This document shows, in pieces, positions 10,961 through 24,262 of a stretch of DNA of 64,000 bases. Where the stretch lies: the NCBI GenBank assembly GCA_937770335.1, contig CALJHY010000005.1, positions 219,221-283,220 on the forward strand, written 5' to 3'. Positions within the stretch are counted from its first letter, which is position 1. The number at the start of each line of letters is the position of its first letter. The stretch comes from an uncultured Glaciecola sp. (GTDB lineage Bacteria; Pseudomonadota; Gammaproteobacteria; Enterobacterales; Alteromonadaceae). Position numbers and translations under genes: made by a program. Under the pieces are notes generated by a model. That model did no database searches and was not told the DNA's origin. It saw only the letters and a program-made list of their open reading frames with translations.

Positions 10961-11580
10961 GATCCATTATCTATTCATTTCATTATCTTTAATTATTGTG
11001 CATAAGTGACCTAACTATTAATTACATTAATAATCCACTTGATAAAAAGTAAGTATATAAGCTACTTACCTTAAATAAGAAGAGTTACATATTCATTCAA
11101 TATACAAGTTATACACAATATTCACACCAGTTACTAAGTATTGTGGATAAGATCGATCCAAAACTGTACGAAAGTTATGATCAGTCACTGGACAATTTTG
11201 ACAAATATTTTGCCTGTGGATAAAAGGCCTACTTATACAGAGCATATACATATATTACACCGTCATGATCACAGGGTTTCAACTGTATTAACTAGTTGAT
11301 TGTATTAAAAAAAAAGTGCTTATTAACAGAAAATTGCTTCCCTAATAGTAATAATAATAAACTATATATCTAAGATCTCTATTTTAACTACGCAAATTAA
11401 AAAGCTGAAAATCGCTTTTTCTTAATACCGTACAAAAACACTTTTTTTCATCAGAATTTTATAAGCTTTACCACGTTTAAAAAATTGTACAATTTTAAGT
11501 TTCAATGACATATTTAAAAACTAAAATATGCTTAAAAAAAAGTAATTTGAAATATTATTTTAAAAAACGCGCTTAAAAAT
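10961..11580. other. Chromosomal replication origin oriC (DnaA-box cluster plus AT-rich unwinding region)
   Basis: DnaA boxes:
- TGTGCATAA at 10997-11005 (8/9)
- TTATACACA at 11109-11117 (8/9)
- TGTGGATAA at 11142-11150 (9/9)
- TGTGGATAA at 11215-11223 (9/9)
- TTATACAGA at 11233-11241 (7/9)

Six GATC sites occur at 10961, 11151, 11155, 11179, 11267 and 11374. GATCTCTATTTTA at 11374-11386 resembles the E. coli 13-mer. The 11290-11580 stretch is extremely AT-rich and lies on the mnmG side. The order matches the E. coli layout of gidA, DUE, boxes, mioC. Confidence 0.8.
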
Positions 11581-11788
11581 ACCTGACTAAACTCAATTTC
11601 ATGTTCAAACGATAAGCATTCCAAATACCGTAAAACTCGTATACCATGTGAACCCCGTTTTTTACGGGATGCTTTAAGTAATACTTGTTGTCGTTCAAAT
11701 CTACAATTTGTAGTAGATATTCGTTTATCAATTATTATCAACTTGGCAATAATTTGTTTTATAGTGTTTTAAATTGAGGCAGTTACAA

Positions 11789-13690
11789 ATGTTTTATCAG
11801 CAAGATTTCGATGTCATTGTTGTCGGTGGTGGGCATGCAGGTACAGAGGCAGCTACTGCAGCTGCTCGTATGGGCGCTAATACACTTTTGCTTACGCATA
11901 GCATAGAAACACTTGGCCAAATGTCATGTAATCCAGCTATAGGTGGGATTGGCAAAGGACATTTAGTAAAAGAAATTGATGCCCTTGGTGGTGTTATGGC
12001 TAAAGCAACCGATAAAGCTGGTATTCAATTTAGAACATTAAATTCAAGTAAGGGACCTGCAGTGCGTGCTACTCGTGCGCAAGCTGATAGAAGTTTATAT
12101 CGAATGGCGGTTCGTGAGGTACTTGAAAATCAACCTAATTTGACGCTTTTTCAGCAGTCTTGTGATGATTTAATCGTTGAAAATGATCGGGTTGTTGGGG
12201 TTGTAACTCAGATGGGCTTGAAATTTAGAGCCAAAACGGTCGTGATCACTGTTGGGACTTTCCTTGGTGGCACTATCCACATTGGTATGGAAAATTACAA
12301 AGGCGGAAGAGCTGGCGATCCGCCGTCAAATGCATTAGCGCAACGACTCCGCGCCTTGCCGTTTAGGGTGGGTAGACTAAAAACAGGAACTCCTGCGCGA
12401 CTGGATACTCGCTCATTAGATTATTCAAAAATGCAGGCGCAGCCTGGTGATACGCCTCTTCCTGTATTTTCGTTCACAGGTAGCGTTGGGGATCATCCTC
12501 GTCAGATACCTTGTTATATCACTCATACTAACGAAAAAACGCACGATATTGTTCGCTCAGGATTAGACAGATCTCCTATGTACACCGGTGTAATTGAAGG
12601 TGTAGGTCCAAGATATTGTCCGTCGATCGAAGACAAAGTCATGCGTTTTGCAGATAAGACGTCGCACCAAATATTTGTTGAACCTGAAGGATTAACTAGC
12701 GTTGAAGTTTATCCAAATGGGATATCAACGAGCCTACCTTTCGATATTCAAATGGCTATGGTTCGTTCAATTAATGGTTTTGAAAATGCACATATTATTC
12801 GCCCAGGTTACGCGATTGAATATGATTTTTTTGATCCACGCGACTTAAAACAGACGCTTGAAACTAAGTTTATCAGCGGACTATTTTTTGCTGGGCAAAT
12901 TAATGGCACTACCGGCTATGAAGAGGCCGGCGCACAAGGTTTAGTGGCTGGTGCTAACGCAGCACTGCAATGCCAAGGAAAAGAAGGTTTTGAGTTGCGT
13001 CGCGATGAGGCTTACATGGGTGTGCTTATTGATGATTTAGCTACCATGGGTACAAAAGAACCATACCGAATGTTTACCAGTCGAGCTGAGTATCGATTAT
13101 TGTTGCGTGAAGACAATGCAGATGTCCGTTTGACCGAAAAAGGCAGAGAATTAGGGCTAGTTGGTGATGAGCAATGGGCTTACTTCCAAGAAAAAATGAA
13201 CAGTGTTGAACTTGAGAGACAGCGCCTGAAATCACAATGGGTGCATACAAAACATGAGTCACTAGATGAACTCAACAGTATGTTAAAAACAGACATTAGC
13301 CGCGAGCATTCATTAGAGGAATTAATCAGACGCCCGGAAATGACATACGCAAAACTCACTAGTATTAAAAGTTTAGGACCGAGTATCTCAGATCCTAAAG
13401 CGGCTGAACAAGTTGAAATTCAGATCAAATATGCAGGTTATATTGAGCGTCAGAAAGATGAAGTGGCGAAATCGCTGCGTCATGAAAATACGCTTCTTCC
13501 GAGAGATTTTGATTTTTCTCAAATTTCAGGCTTATCCAATGAAGTTGTCGCTAAGCTGACGGATGCAAGGCCTGAAACTCTCGGTAAAGCATCGCGTATT
13601 TCTGGCATTACACCGGCTGCTATTTCGTTACTACTAGTGTATTTAAAGAAACACAGTATGTCGTTTAAATCTGAGAAAAAAACAGCCTGA
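11789..13690 (+). CDS. mnmG: tRNA uridine 5-carboxymethylaminomethyl modification enzyme MnmG (GidA)
   Basis: [22 protein letters not shown] is the FAD-binding N-terminus. The protein is about 630 aa. The track frame opens at 11774, but the ATG at 11789 fits the family N-terminus. Confidence 0.95.
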
Positions 13691-14349
13691 TGAGTTTATC
13701 AAATAACACATCTCCAATGTTTGATGCGTTGTCAGCTTCGTTTGATAACCTTGCGGTAAATTTAGATTTTCCAGTGTCACAGTTACAGAAACAGCAGTTA
13801 ATCAATTATATATTGCTGATGAATAAATGGAATAAAGCTTACAATTTAACGTCGGTTAGGGACCCGCAAGATATGTTGATAAAACATATTTTTGATTCGA
13901 TTGTTATTTCTCCACACTTGCAAGGCAGTCACTTTGCCGATGTTGGTACCGGCGCCGGATTACCCGGTATCCCATTGGCTATAATGAATCCAGATAAAAC
14001 GTTTTTATTAATAGACAGTTTAGGCAAGCGAATTCGCTTCATAAAGCAAAGCTTGTATGAGTTAAAAATTAGTAACGTAACCGCCATGCAAACTCGGGTT
14101 GAAGACGTTGTACTAGATAAACCACTAGATGGTGTTCTGAGTAGAGCCTTTGCATCCTTAAAAGATATGCTCCATTGGTGCCAGTATCTAACCGATGAAA
14201 ATGGCTTATTTTTAGCATTAAAAGGTCAAGTTAATCAACTTGAACTTGACGAAATTCCTACAGGCTTTACAGTAGTGGATTGTGTTAACCTTGCGATACC
14301 AAATTTTCAAGGCGAACGACATTTAATTAAAGTGAAAAAAACCCAGTAG
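13690..14349 (+). CDS. rsmG: 16S rRNA (guanine527-N7)-methyltransferase RsmG (GidB)
   Basis: The SAM motif DVGTGAGLPGIPLAI is present. The start overlaps the mnmG stop (TGATG). This is the conserved gidA-gidB pair. Confidence 0.9.
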   Translation: MSLSNNTSPMFDALSASFDNLAVNLDFPVSQLQKQQLINYILLMNKWNKAYNLTSVRDPQDMLIKHIFDSIVISPHLQGSHFADVGTGAGLPGIPLAIMNPDKTFLLIDSLGKRIRFIKQSLYELKISNVTAMQTRVEDVVLDKPLDGVLSRAFASLKDMLHWCQYLTDENGLFLALKGQVNQLELDEIPTGFTVVDCVNLAIPNFQGERHLIKVKKTQ

Positions 14350-14461
14350 CTTGTTAGATTGCACATCAGTTGCGCAACGATATGTTCGCTCAACAGCACT
14401 TAGGTGACAACAATCAATAATGAAATGTGAAGTAATCACAACAGTTTTCAACTCATAATAA

Positions 14462-15244
14462 ATGGAATGTATTGTGGCGAAAGTCATCTCGATCGCGAAT
14501 CAAAAAGGTGGTGTTGGTAAAACAACAACTGCGGTAAACGTTGCTGCGTCAATGGCTGCAACCAAACGTCGAGTATTGCTTATTGATCTTGACCCTCAAG
14601 GTAATGCCACTATGGGCAGTGGAGTTGATAAGTATAACGTTGATAATACTTGTTACGAATTGCTCATTGAGGATGTCCCTGCCAAAGAAGTTATCATTAA
14701 GAATACCGCTGGAAAATATGACCTAATTGCGGGTAACTCTGATATAACAGCGGCCGAAATCAAATTAATGGAAGTATTTGCGCGTGAACTTAGATTGCGC
14801 AGAGCGCTGGAAAGTGTCCAGGCTGATTACGATTATATTTTTATTGATTGTCCACCGTCATTAAATCAACTAACCGTAAACGCAATGGCGGCTTCAGATT
14901 CAGTGCTTGTTCCTATGCAATGTGAATATTATGCATTGGAAGGATTAACAGCATTAATGGACACCATTCACAAATTAGCGTCGGTAGTGAACCCAGATTT
15001 AAAAATTGAGGGTGTACTCAGAACAATGTATGACCCTCGCAATAGATTGGCAAACGACGTATCAGAACAATTGAAACGTCATTTTGGTGATCAAGTGTAC
15101 CGTACCGTTATTCCACGTAATGTTAGGTTGGCAGAGGCACCAAGTTTTGGTACGCCCGCAATGTATTACGATAAATCATCAACCGGTGCAAAGGCATATT
15201 TGGCGCTAGCTGGCGAAATTTTACGTCGGCGCGTTACTAAATAG
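14462..15244 (+). CDS. parA: Chromosome partitioning ATPase ParA (Soj)
   Basis: Deviant Walker A reads NQKGGVGKTTTAVN. DLDPQGNAT and IDCPPSL are also present. An alternative GTG start lies at 14474. Confidence 0.93.
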   Translation: MECIVAKVISIANQKGGVGKTTTAVNVAASMAATKRRVLLIDLDPQGNATMGSGVDKYNVDNTCYELLIEDVPAKEVIIKNTAGKYDLIAGNSDITAAEIKLMEVFARELRLRRALESVQADYDYIFIDCPPSLNQLTVNAMAASDSVLVPMQCEYYALEGLTALMDTIHKLASVVNPDLKIEGVLRTMYDPRNRLANDVSEQLKRHFGDQVYRTVIPRNVRLAEAPSFGTPAMYYDKSSTGAKAYLALAGEILRRRVTK

Positions 15245-15342
15245 TCCTATTTATTCAAGTAAGCGCTTACTATAGTTAAAAACGTTTATTAATAAACAAT
15301 GAGTAGAAATTAATAGCTCATAAAGACAGATCAGAGGTTAGG

Positions 15343-16254
15343 ATGTCACCAAAAAATAAAGGCTTAGGCAGAGGTTTAGACGCATTACTAGCTACTAGTC
15401 GCAGTCACGCAGATAAACAAAAGCAAGCTGCAGAGAGCGATGCCGGTGACCAAAGCGACCTAAAAAATATTCCTATTGAGTTTATGCAACCAGGCAAGTA
15501 TCAGCCTAGAAAAGACATGTCACCTGAAGCGCTTGAAGAACTAGCCGCTTCGATTCGGGCGCAAGGTGTTATTCAGCCTATTATTGTGCGTCAAACTGAT
15601 AACAACAAATATGAAATTATTGCCGGTGAACGCAGATGGCGAGCAGCACAGTTAGCTAAACTCGATGTTATTCCTTGTTTAATTAAGGACGTCCCAGATA
15701 AAGCTGCAGTTGCGATTGCACTGATTGAAAATATTCAACGTGAAGATCTTAATGCAATGGAAGAAGCACAAGCATTAGACCGACTAATGATTGAATTCAA
15801 CTTAACACATCAGCAAGTTGCAGATGCTGTGGGTAAGTCCCGCACAACGGTAACCAACTTGTTGCGTTTGAATAGTTTACAAGACGATGTTAAGCGTTTG
15901 CTTGAGTACGGTGACATTGATATGGGTCATGCCCGCGCATTATTGGCCCTTGATGGAGAGGTCCAATCAAATACGGCTAAGTTGGTTGCTGATAAAGGCT
16001 TAACGGTACGAGAAACAGAAAATTTGGTGAAAAAAACACAGTCAGATATTACTAACCCAGAGCCAGAAAAAGAAGCCAAGGAAGAAACCGTAGATCCAGA
16101 CGTCAAGCAGTTGGAAACATCGCTGTCAGAGAACTTCGGTACTCCTGTGCAAATAGCCCACAACCGCAAGGGGAAGGGAAAGTTAGTTATCAATTTTAGT
16201 GATTTGGAGCAACTGGATGGCATTTTACAGAAGATGGTATTAACCGATCGGTAA
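15343..16254 (+). CDS. parB: Chromosome partitioning protein ParB (Spo0J)
   Basis: The ParB box IIAGERRWRAA is present, followed by an HTH region (HQQVADAVGKSRTTVTNLLRL). It directly follows parA. Confidence 0.93.
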   Translation: MSPKNKGLGRGLDALLATSRSHADKQKQAAESDAGDQSDLKNIPIEFMQPGKYQPRKDMSPEALEELAASIRAQGVIQPIIVRQTDNNKYEIIAGERRWRAAQLAKLDVIPCLIKDVPDKAAVAIALIENIQREDLNAMEEAQALDRLMIEFNLTHQQVADAVGKSRTTVTNLLRLNSLQDDVKRLLEYGDIDMGHARALLALDGEVQSNTAKLVADKGLTVRETENLVKKTQSDITNPEPEKEAKEETVDPDVKQLETSLSENFGTPVQIAHNRKGKGKLVINFSDLEQLDGILQKMVLTDR

Positions 16255-16282
16255 AAACTGACAAGTACGTCGGCTTTTTTTT
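16244..16282 (+). terminator. Probable intrinsic terminator after parB
   Basis: CCGAtCG (16244-16250, one bulge) pairs with CGTCGG (16268-16273) and is followed by T8. The loop is long, so this is only moderately convincing. Confidence 0.45.
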
Positions 16283-16431
16283 AATAGCAAGTTCAACCAG
16301 ATCATTTTGGTGCTTAAAGTGCACCAGTAAAGGGAAAAAATTTCTAAGTAGTTGAATTTTTCTGTTATACAAGTATACTTCCCGCGCCTTCATTTAGGTA
16401 TGTATTTTGGGATAGACCAACGCCTGCGAGA

Positions 16432-16806
16432 ATGCCCTTGAATTTGGCCAATAATGGACAACAATTAGCCAAAAAAGGGATTTTAGCGCAATGTATCTCG
16501 TCACTAGTACTTATAGTGGCCGTTTTAGTATTAAAACCAGAGTATACAGTTGCAGTAATTTTCGGCTCGCTGTCCTTCATCATACCGCATAGTTTTTTTG
16601 CGTATTGGTCATTCCGATACGCAGGTGCAACGAAAAGTAAACTCGTTGTGCAGAGTTTTAGCCAAGGTTTAAAGATAAAATTGGTTTTAACTGTCATATT
16701 TTTTGCTATCGCATTTTCTCAACTTAATGCACCCCCTTTTCCTTTGATGGGTGCTTATGTGTTAGCAATGGTGAGCCAATGGTTTGCCATGTATCGTCTA
16801 CGCTAA
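16432..16806 (+). CDS. atpI: F0F1 ATP synthase protein I
   Basis: 124-aa hydrophobic protein at the first position of the atp operon. Confidence 0.8.
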   Translation: MPLNLANNGQQLAKKGILAQCISSLVLIVAVLVLKPEYTVAVIFGSLSFIIPHSFFAYWSFRYAGATKSKLVVQSFSQGLKIKLVLTVIFFAIAFSQLNAPPFPLMGAYVLAMVSQWFAMYRLR

Positions 16807-16858
16807 ATGTCTTACAGACATGCGCACGATATAATGTAACAATTTTTAAATTACATAA

Positions 16859-17704
<846 letters not shown>

Positions 17705-17741
17705 AAACTAAGTTTAATAACATTTTATTTTTTAACTTTAA

Positions 17742-17993
<252 letters not shown>

Positions 17994-18039
17994 TTAATAC
18001 TAATTTTAGTTTAGCGAATTTAATAGAGGAGGAGTCGAA

Positions 18040-18510
18040 ATGAACATGAATTCTACTCTTATAGGTCAGTTAATCGCTTTTGCTGTTTTCGTATGGTTCT
18101 GCATGAAGTATGTGTGGCCACCATTAATGGCAGCAATTGAAGAACGCCAAAAAATCATCGCTGATGGTTTGGCTGCTTCTGAACGAGCGACTAAAGATCT
18201 AGAACTGGCTCAAGCGAAAGCAACGGACCAGTTGAAAGAGGCGAAAGCACAGGCTGCTGAAATCTTAGACCAAGCAAAGAAGCGCGCTAATCAACTTGTT
18301 GATGAAGAAACACAGCGTGGACATGCCGAGCGTGAGAAAATTATCGCTCAAGGTTATGCTGAGATAGAAGCTGAACGTAATCGCGTTAAAGAAGATTTAC
18401 GCAAACAGGTTGCTGCTTTAGCAATATCTGGTGCAGAAAAAATTCTCGGACGTGAAATCGATGCACAGGCACAGAACGACATTGTTGAAAAACTTGTCGC
18501 TGAGCTATAA
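18040..18510 (+). CDS. atpF: F0F1 ATP synthase subunit b
   Basis: 156 aa with one N-terminal TM segment followed by a long charged helix. Operon position fits. Confidence 0.92.
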
Positions 18511-18522
18511 GGGAGATGAGCC

Positions 18523-19056
18523 ATGTCTGAATTGACAACCGTAGCTCGCCCTTACGCCAAAGCCGCATTTGATTTCGCGGTTGAGAACGCCGACATTGCA
18601 AATTGGCAAGAAATGTTAGTATTTGCTGGGGAAGTCGCTAATAACGACGAAATCCGCAATATATTATCAAGCGCATTAGCCGCTGAAAATCTTGCTGAAT
18701 TATTTGTTGGTGTGTGTGGTGAACAGCTCAACACTCATGGCCAAAACTTTATACATGTTTTGGCTCACAGTAATCGTTTATCTGCCTTGCCTGATATATC
18801 GAAACAGTTCGACGCTTTTAAAGCGGATTATGACAAAGAAGTTGATGTAGATGTAACGTCTGCTATTAAATTGTCAAAAGAACAGCTAGATAAGATGAGT
18901 GCGGCGCTAGAAAAGCGTTTATCACGTAAAGTGAAGCTTATATGTAACGTGGATCCTGGATTGGTCGCTGGTCTCATTATTAAGGCCGGTGATACAGTAA
19001 TAGATGGTTCCGTAAATTCTAAATTGAACCGTCTTTCAGACGCGTTGCAAGCATAA
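18523..19056 (+). CDS. atpH: F0F1 ATP synthase subunit delta
   Basis: 177 aa with an [13 protein letters not shown]-terminus. Operon position fits. Confidence 0.92.
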
Positions 19057-19070
19057 AGGGGATAAAGAGC

Positions 19071-20612
19071 ATGCAACTTAATTCCACTGAAATTGCAGAA
19101 CTGATCAAGAAACGTATTGAACAGTTTAGTGTAGTAAGTGAAGCTCGAAATGAAGGAACTATCGTTAGTGTCGCTGATGGTATCATCCGTGTACACGGCC
19201 TAGCAGATGTTATGCAAGGCGAAATGATAGAACTTCCTGGTAGCCGTTACGCCATCGCATTGAACCTCGAACGAGATTCTGTTGGTGCTGTTGTAATGGG
19301 TCCATTCGCTGATTTACAAGAAGGTATGAAAGTACAGTCTTCAGGTCGTATCTTAGAAGTACCAGTAGGCCCCGGTCTATTAGGTCGTGTAGTAAACACA
19401 CTAGGTGCACCAATCGATGGTAAAGGCGCAATTGAAGCTGCTGGTTATGAACCAGTTGAGAAAATTGCACCTGGCGTTATCGAACGTCAGTCGGTCGATC
19501 AACCAGTACAAACGGGTTATAAGTCTGTTGACGCTATGATCCCAATCGGTCGTGGCCAACGTGAGTTGGTTATCGGTGACCGTCAGACAGGTAAAACTGC
19601 ACTTGCGATTGATGCCATCATCAATCAGAAAGGTACAGGTATTAAGTGTGTGTATGTCGCTATCGGTCAGAAAGCTTCTACTATCGCTAACGTAGTTCGT
19701 AAGCTTGAAGAGCACGGCGCAATGGCTCATACCATTATCGTTGCAGCCTCGGCTTCTGAATCTGCGGCATTACAATACTTGGCTCCTTACGCAGGTTGTA
19801 CAATGGGTGAATATTTCCGCGACCGCGGTGAAGATGCACTTATCGTATATGATGACTTGTCAAAGCAAGCTGTAGCGTACCGTCAGGTATCACTATTATT
19901 GAAACGTCCACCAGGCCGTGAAGCTTATCCAGGTGACGTATTCTATTTGCACTCAAGATTGTTAGAGCGCGCTGCACGTGTAAACAGCAACTATGTTGAA
20001 AAATACACTAACGGCGAAGTGAAAGGTAAAACAGGTTCATTAACTGCTATACCAATCATTGAAACCCAAGCGGGTGACGTTTCTGCATTCGTACCAACAA
20101 ACGTAATCTCAATTACCGATGGTCAGATTTTCTTGGAAAGTGACTTGTTTAACGCGGGTATTCGCCCAGCTGTTAACGCCGGTATTTCAGTATCTCGAGT
20201 TGGTGGTGCTGCACAAACCAAAATCATTAAAAAGCTAGGCGGTGGTATTCGTTTAGCACTTGCACAGTACCGTGAATTAGCGGCGTTCTCTCAGTTTGCA
20301 TCTGATCTTGATGATGCGACTCGTGAACAGCTAGAACATGGTGAACGTGTAATGGAGCTTATGAAGCAGCACCAGTATGCACCGTTATCGGTTGCAGAAA
20401 TGGCTATATCATTGTTCTCAGCTGAAAAGGGTTTCTTGAAAGATATAGAACTTAACAAAGTTCTTGATTTTGAGGCGGCTCTTCACTCGTATATGAATAA
20501 TGAACAAACCGAGCTCATGAACTCAATTAATGAAACTGGTAACTACAACGATGATATTGAATCACAGTTGAAAAAAGCGTTTGAAACGTTTAAATCAACA
20601 CAAACGTGGTAA
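19071..20612 (+). CDS. atpA: F0F1 ATP synthase subunit alpha
   Basis: 513 aa with the P-loop GDRQTGKTA. Confidence 0.97.
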
Positions 20613-20681
20613 TCAATTTGCCTCAGCGGGTTTTAATAAACCACTGTCGGGGCACATCGTTTAGTAATTGGAGAGAGTGTC

Positions 20682-21542
20682 ATGGCTAGCGGAAAAGAGA
20701 TAAAAGGTAAGATTGGGAGTATTAAAAATACTCAAAAGATTACCAGTGCTATGGAAATGGTTGCCGCTTCGAAAATGAAGAGGGCCCAAGAACGTATGGC
20801 CTCTGGCCGTCCATATGCGCAAAATATGCTAAAAGTGATTGGTCACATCGCTAACGGTAGCTTGGAATATCGCCATCCATATTTGGAAGAGCGTGAAGTC
20901 AAGAACGTAGGATATGTTGTTATTTCTACAGACCGTGGCTTATGTGGTGGGTTAAATACCAACGAATTTAAATTGGTCGCAAAAGACGCTAAGAAATGGA
21001 AAGAACAAGAAGTTGGAATCCATTTTGCAGCGTTAGGTGCTAAAGCCTGTGCCTTTTTCGGTCGTTTTGGCGGAAACGTCATGGCTGCTGAATCAGGTCT
21101 AGGTGATAAGCCAAGTGTTCAAGATGTCGTAGGTATTGTGCGTGTTATGTTAAATGCATATGACGAAGGAAAATTAGACCGGGTCTACCTTGTCTACAAT
21201 GACTTCGTTAACACCATGAACCAAGAACCCGTGGTCAATCAATTGTTGCCTTTGCCTAAATCAGAAGATAAAGCACTAAAGCATCGTTGGGACTACATTT
21301 ACGAACCTGATCCAAAGCAGATTTTGGAGCAATTAATGGTTCGTTATATTGAATCTCAGGTCTATCAAGGTGTTGTTGAGAACGTAGCTTCAGAGCAAGC
21401 TGCGCGAATGGTAGCGATGAAAGCCGCTACTGACAACGCTGGAGATCTAATTGATGATTTGCAATTGGTATACAACAAGGCTCGCCAAGCGGCGATTACA
21501 CAAGAAATAAGTGAAATCGTCTCAGGTGCCGCTGCTGTTTAA
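20682..21542 (+). CDS. atpG: F0F1 ATP synthase subunit gamma
   Basis: 286 aa with [14 protein letters not shown] at the N-terminus and [14 protein letters not shown] at the C-terminus. Confidence 0.95.
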
Positions 21543-21580
21543 GCGCATTGTGAGCTATTTAGGTAAAGCACAAATTTTAG

Positions 21581-22981
<1,401 letters not shown>

Positions 22982-23033
22982 TTTTCTAGCTTAATACTTA
23001 TAGTGCAGCGAAAGCTGCCTTAAAGGAGACCCC

Positions 23034-23447
23034 ATGGCAATGACAGTACAGTTGGACGTAGTAAGCGCAGAAGTAGAGATTTTCTCTGGTCTCGTTGAAA
23101 CTGTTCAAGTCACAGGTAGCGAAGGTGAGCTAGGTATTCATCCTGGTCACGCGCCCTTGATCACTGGTTTACAACCTGGCATGGTTAGAGTAGTTAAGCA
23201 GTTTGGCGAAGAAGAACTTATTTATGTAGCTGGCGGCATTTTAGAAGTGCAACCAGGTAGCATTATAGTTCTAGCTGATACCGCTGTTCGTGCAGAAGAT
23301 CTGGACGAAGCAGCAGCTGAAGCATCGAAAAAACATGCGGAAGAAACCATCGCGAAAGGCGGTGCAGACTTCGACTACGCTGAAGCTGCTATTGAGCTAG
23401 CCGAAGCCATTGCACAATTGAGATTGATTCAAAAATTGCGCAAGTAA
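23034..23447 (+). CDS. atpC: F0F1 ATP synthase subunit epsilon
   Basis: 137 aa, last gene of the operon, with [11 protein letters not shown]. Confidence 0.93.
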
Positions 23448-23471
23448 GTTAGTAATAAAAAAACCAAAAAC

Positions 23472-23508
23472 CCAGCTCACTCTGTTAAAGGTAGCTGGAT
23501 TTTTTTTG
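23472..23508 (+). terminator. Rho-independent terminator of the atp operon
   Basis: CCAGCT (23472-23477) pairs with AGCTGG (23493-23498) and is followed by T8 (23500-23507). Confidence 0.65.
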
Positions 23509-23603
23509 TCCAAAAATTGGGCATAAAATGCTTTGCCCAACTCCATTAGCTACCTTCAGTGGCCCAGCGACATAACCATACTCAATTAGTGGCCATTATT
23601 GCC

Positions 23604-23619
23604 TGTTTCATGTGAAACG
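23604..23619. other. parS-like centromere palindrome (14/16 to TGTTTCACGTGAAACA)
   Basis: The sequence is TGTTTCATGTGAAACG. The arms GTTTCAT and GTGAAAC carry one mismatch to a perfect 7+7 palindrome. It is intergenic, about 7.3 kb from parB. Confidence 0.45.
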
Positions 23620-24262
23620 TTTTGCTAGTAAATTCACTGGGTACTACTATATAACACTAGAACGGAGCAGCCCGTTGGTTGAACGTGCATTATTGCTACA
23701 ATAAATTATTTTGTGGGTTAATTACTGCAATTCCAGCTTGTTATGATGTATTTGCATAAATATTGGTCCTTCTTAATACACCCAAAATAGACATGGTCGA
23801 CGTCGCCACGTAAAATGATGGTTGTATTCGTCTAGGCAATACGTTTCAAATAGGTGATAATGATTTCAGCGTCCGACTGAGTGCACTCGTCAATTAACAA
23901 CCAATGCGGATGCCACGACGCCGACAGCCTCAGATATTTCACAGTATCCAATTATGCTTAGCTCAACAGTCAAAATAACCAAATTAGAGCGCATTTGGAT
24001 TCAAGGTGTGGTCTGCTCTACATAATGGTTGAACAAAATGTCGCTGACTTTCCTTATCGTCTTGATATTTCAAATAGCCCAACCAACCAAGTTCTTATGA
24101 AATTCTCTGAGATCTTTAAATCAGAGCTCGAGGGTTGTCGTTAGCCAATTAAGCTTCAAACTCCTCTTTTGGGAAACCGAGGTTGGTAAAGTTATCAAAA
24201 CCTATATGTTAAATTAGAAACACCTAGTCTACCTTGCGATTACACTATTTTTTCAGGAATCC

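Noticed and set aside
11532-11741. 69-aa minus-strand ORF between the DUE and mnmG.
   Set aside because: It lies in the extremely AT-rich unwinding and promoter region. It is most likely a chance open frame.
16365-16697. 110-aa minus-strand ORF overlapping atpI. Many similar antisense track ORFs exist, for example 745-966, 1328-1654, 18828-19196, 19401-19730, 21604-21867, 26224-26592, 28354-28560, 35358-35726 and 62619-63281.
   Set aside because: These are shadow frames on the opposite strand of well-supported conserved genes. They have no independent support.
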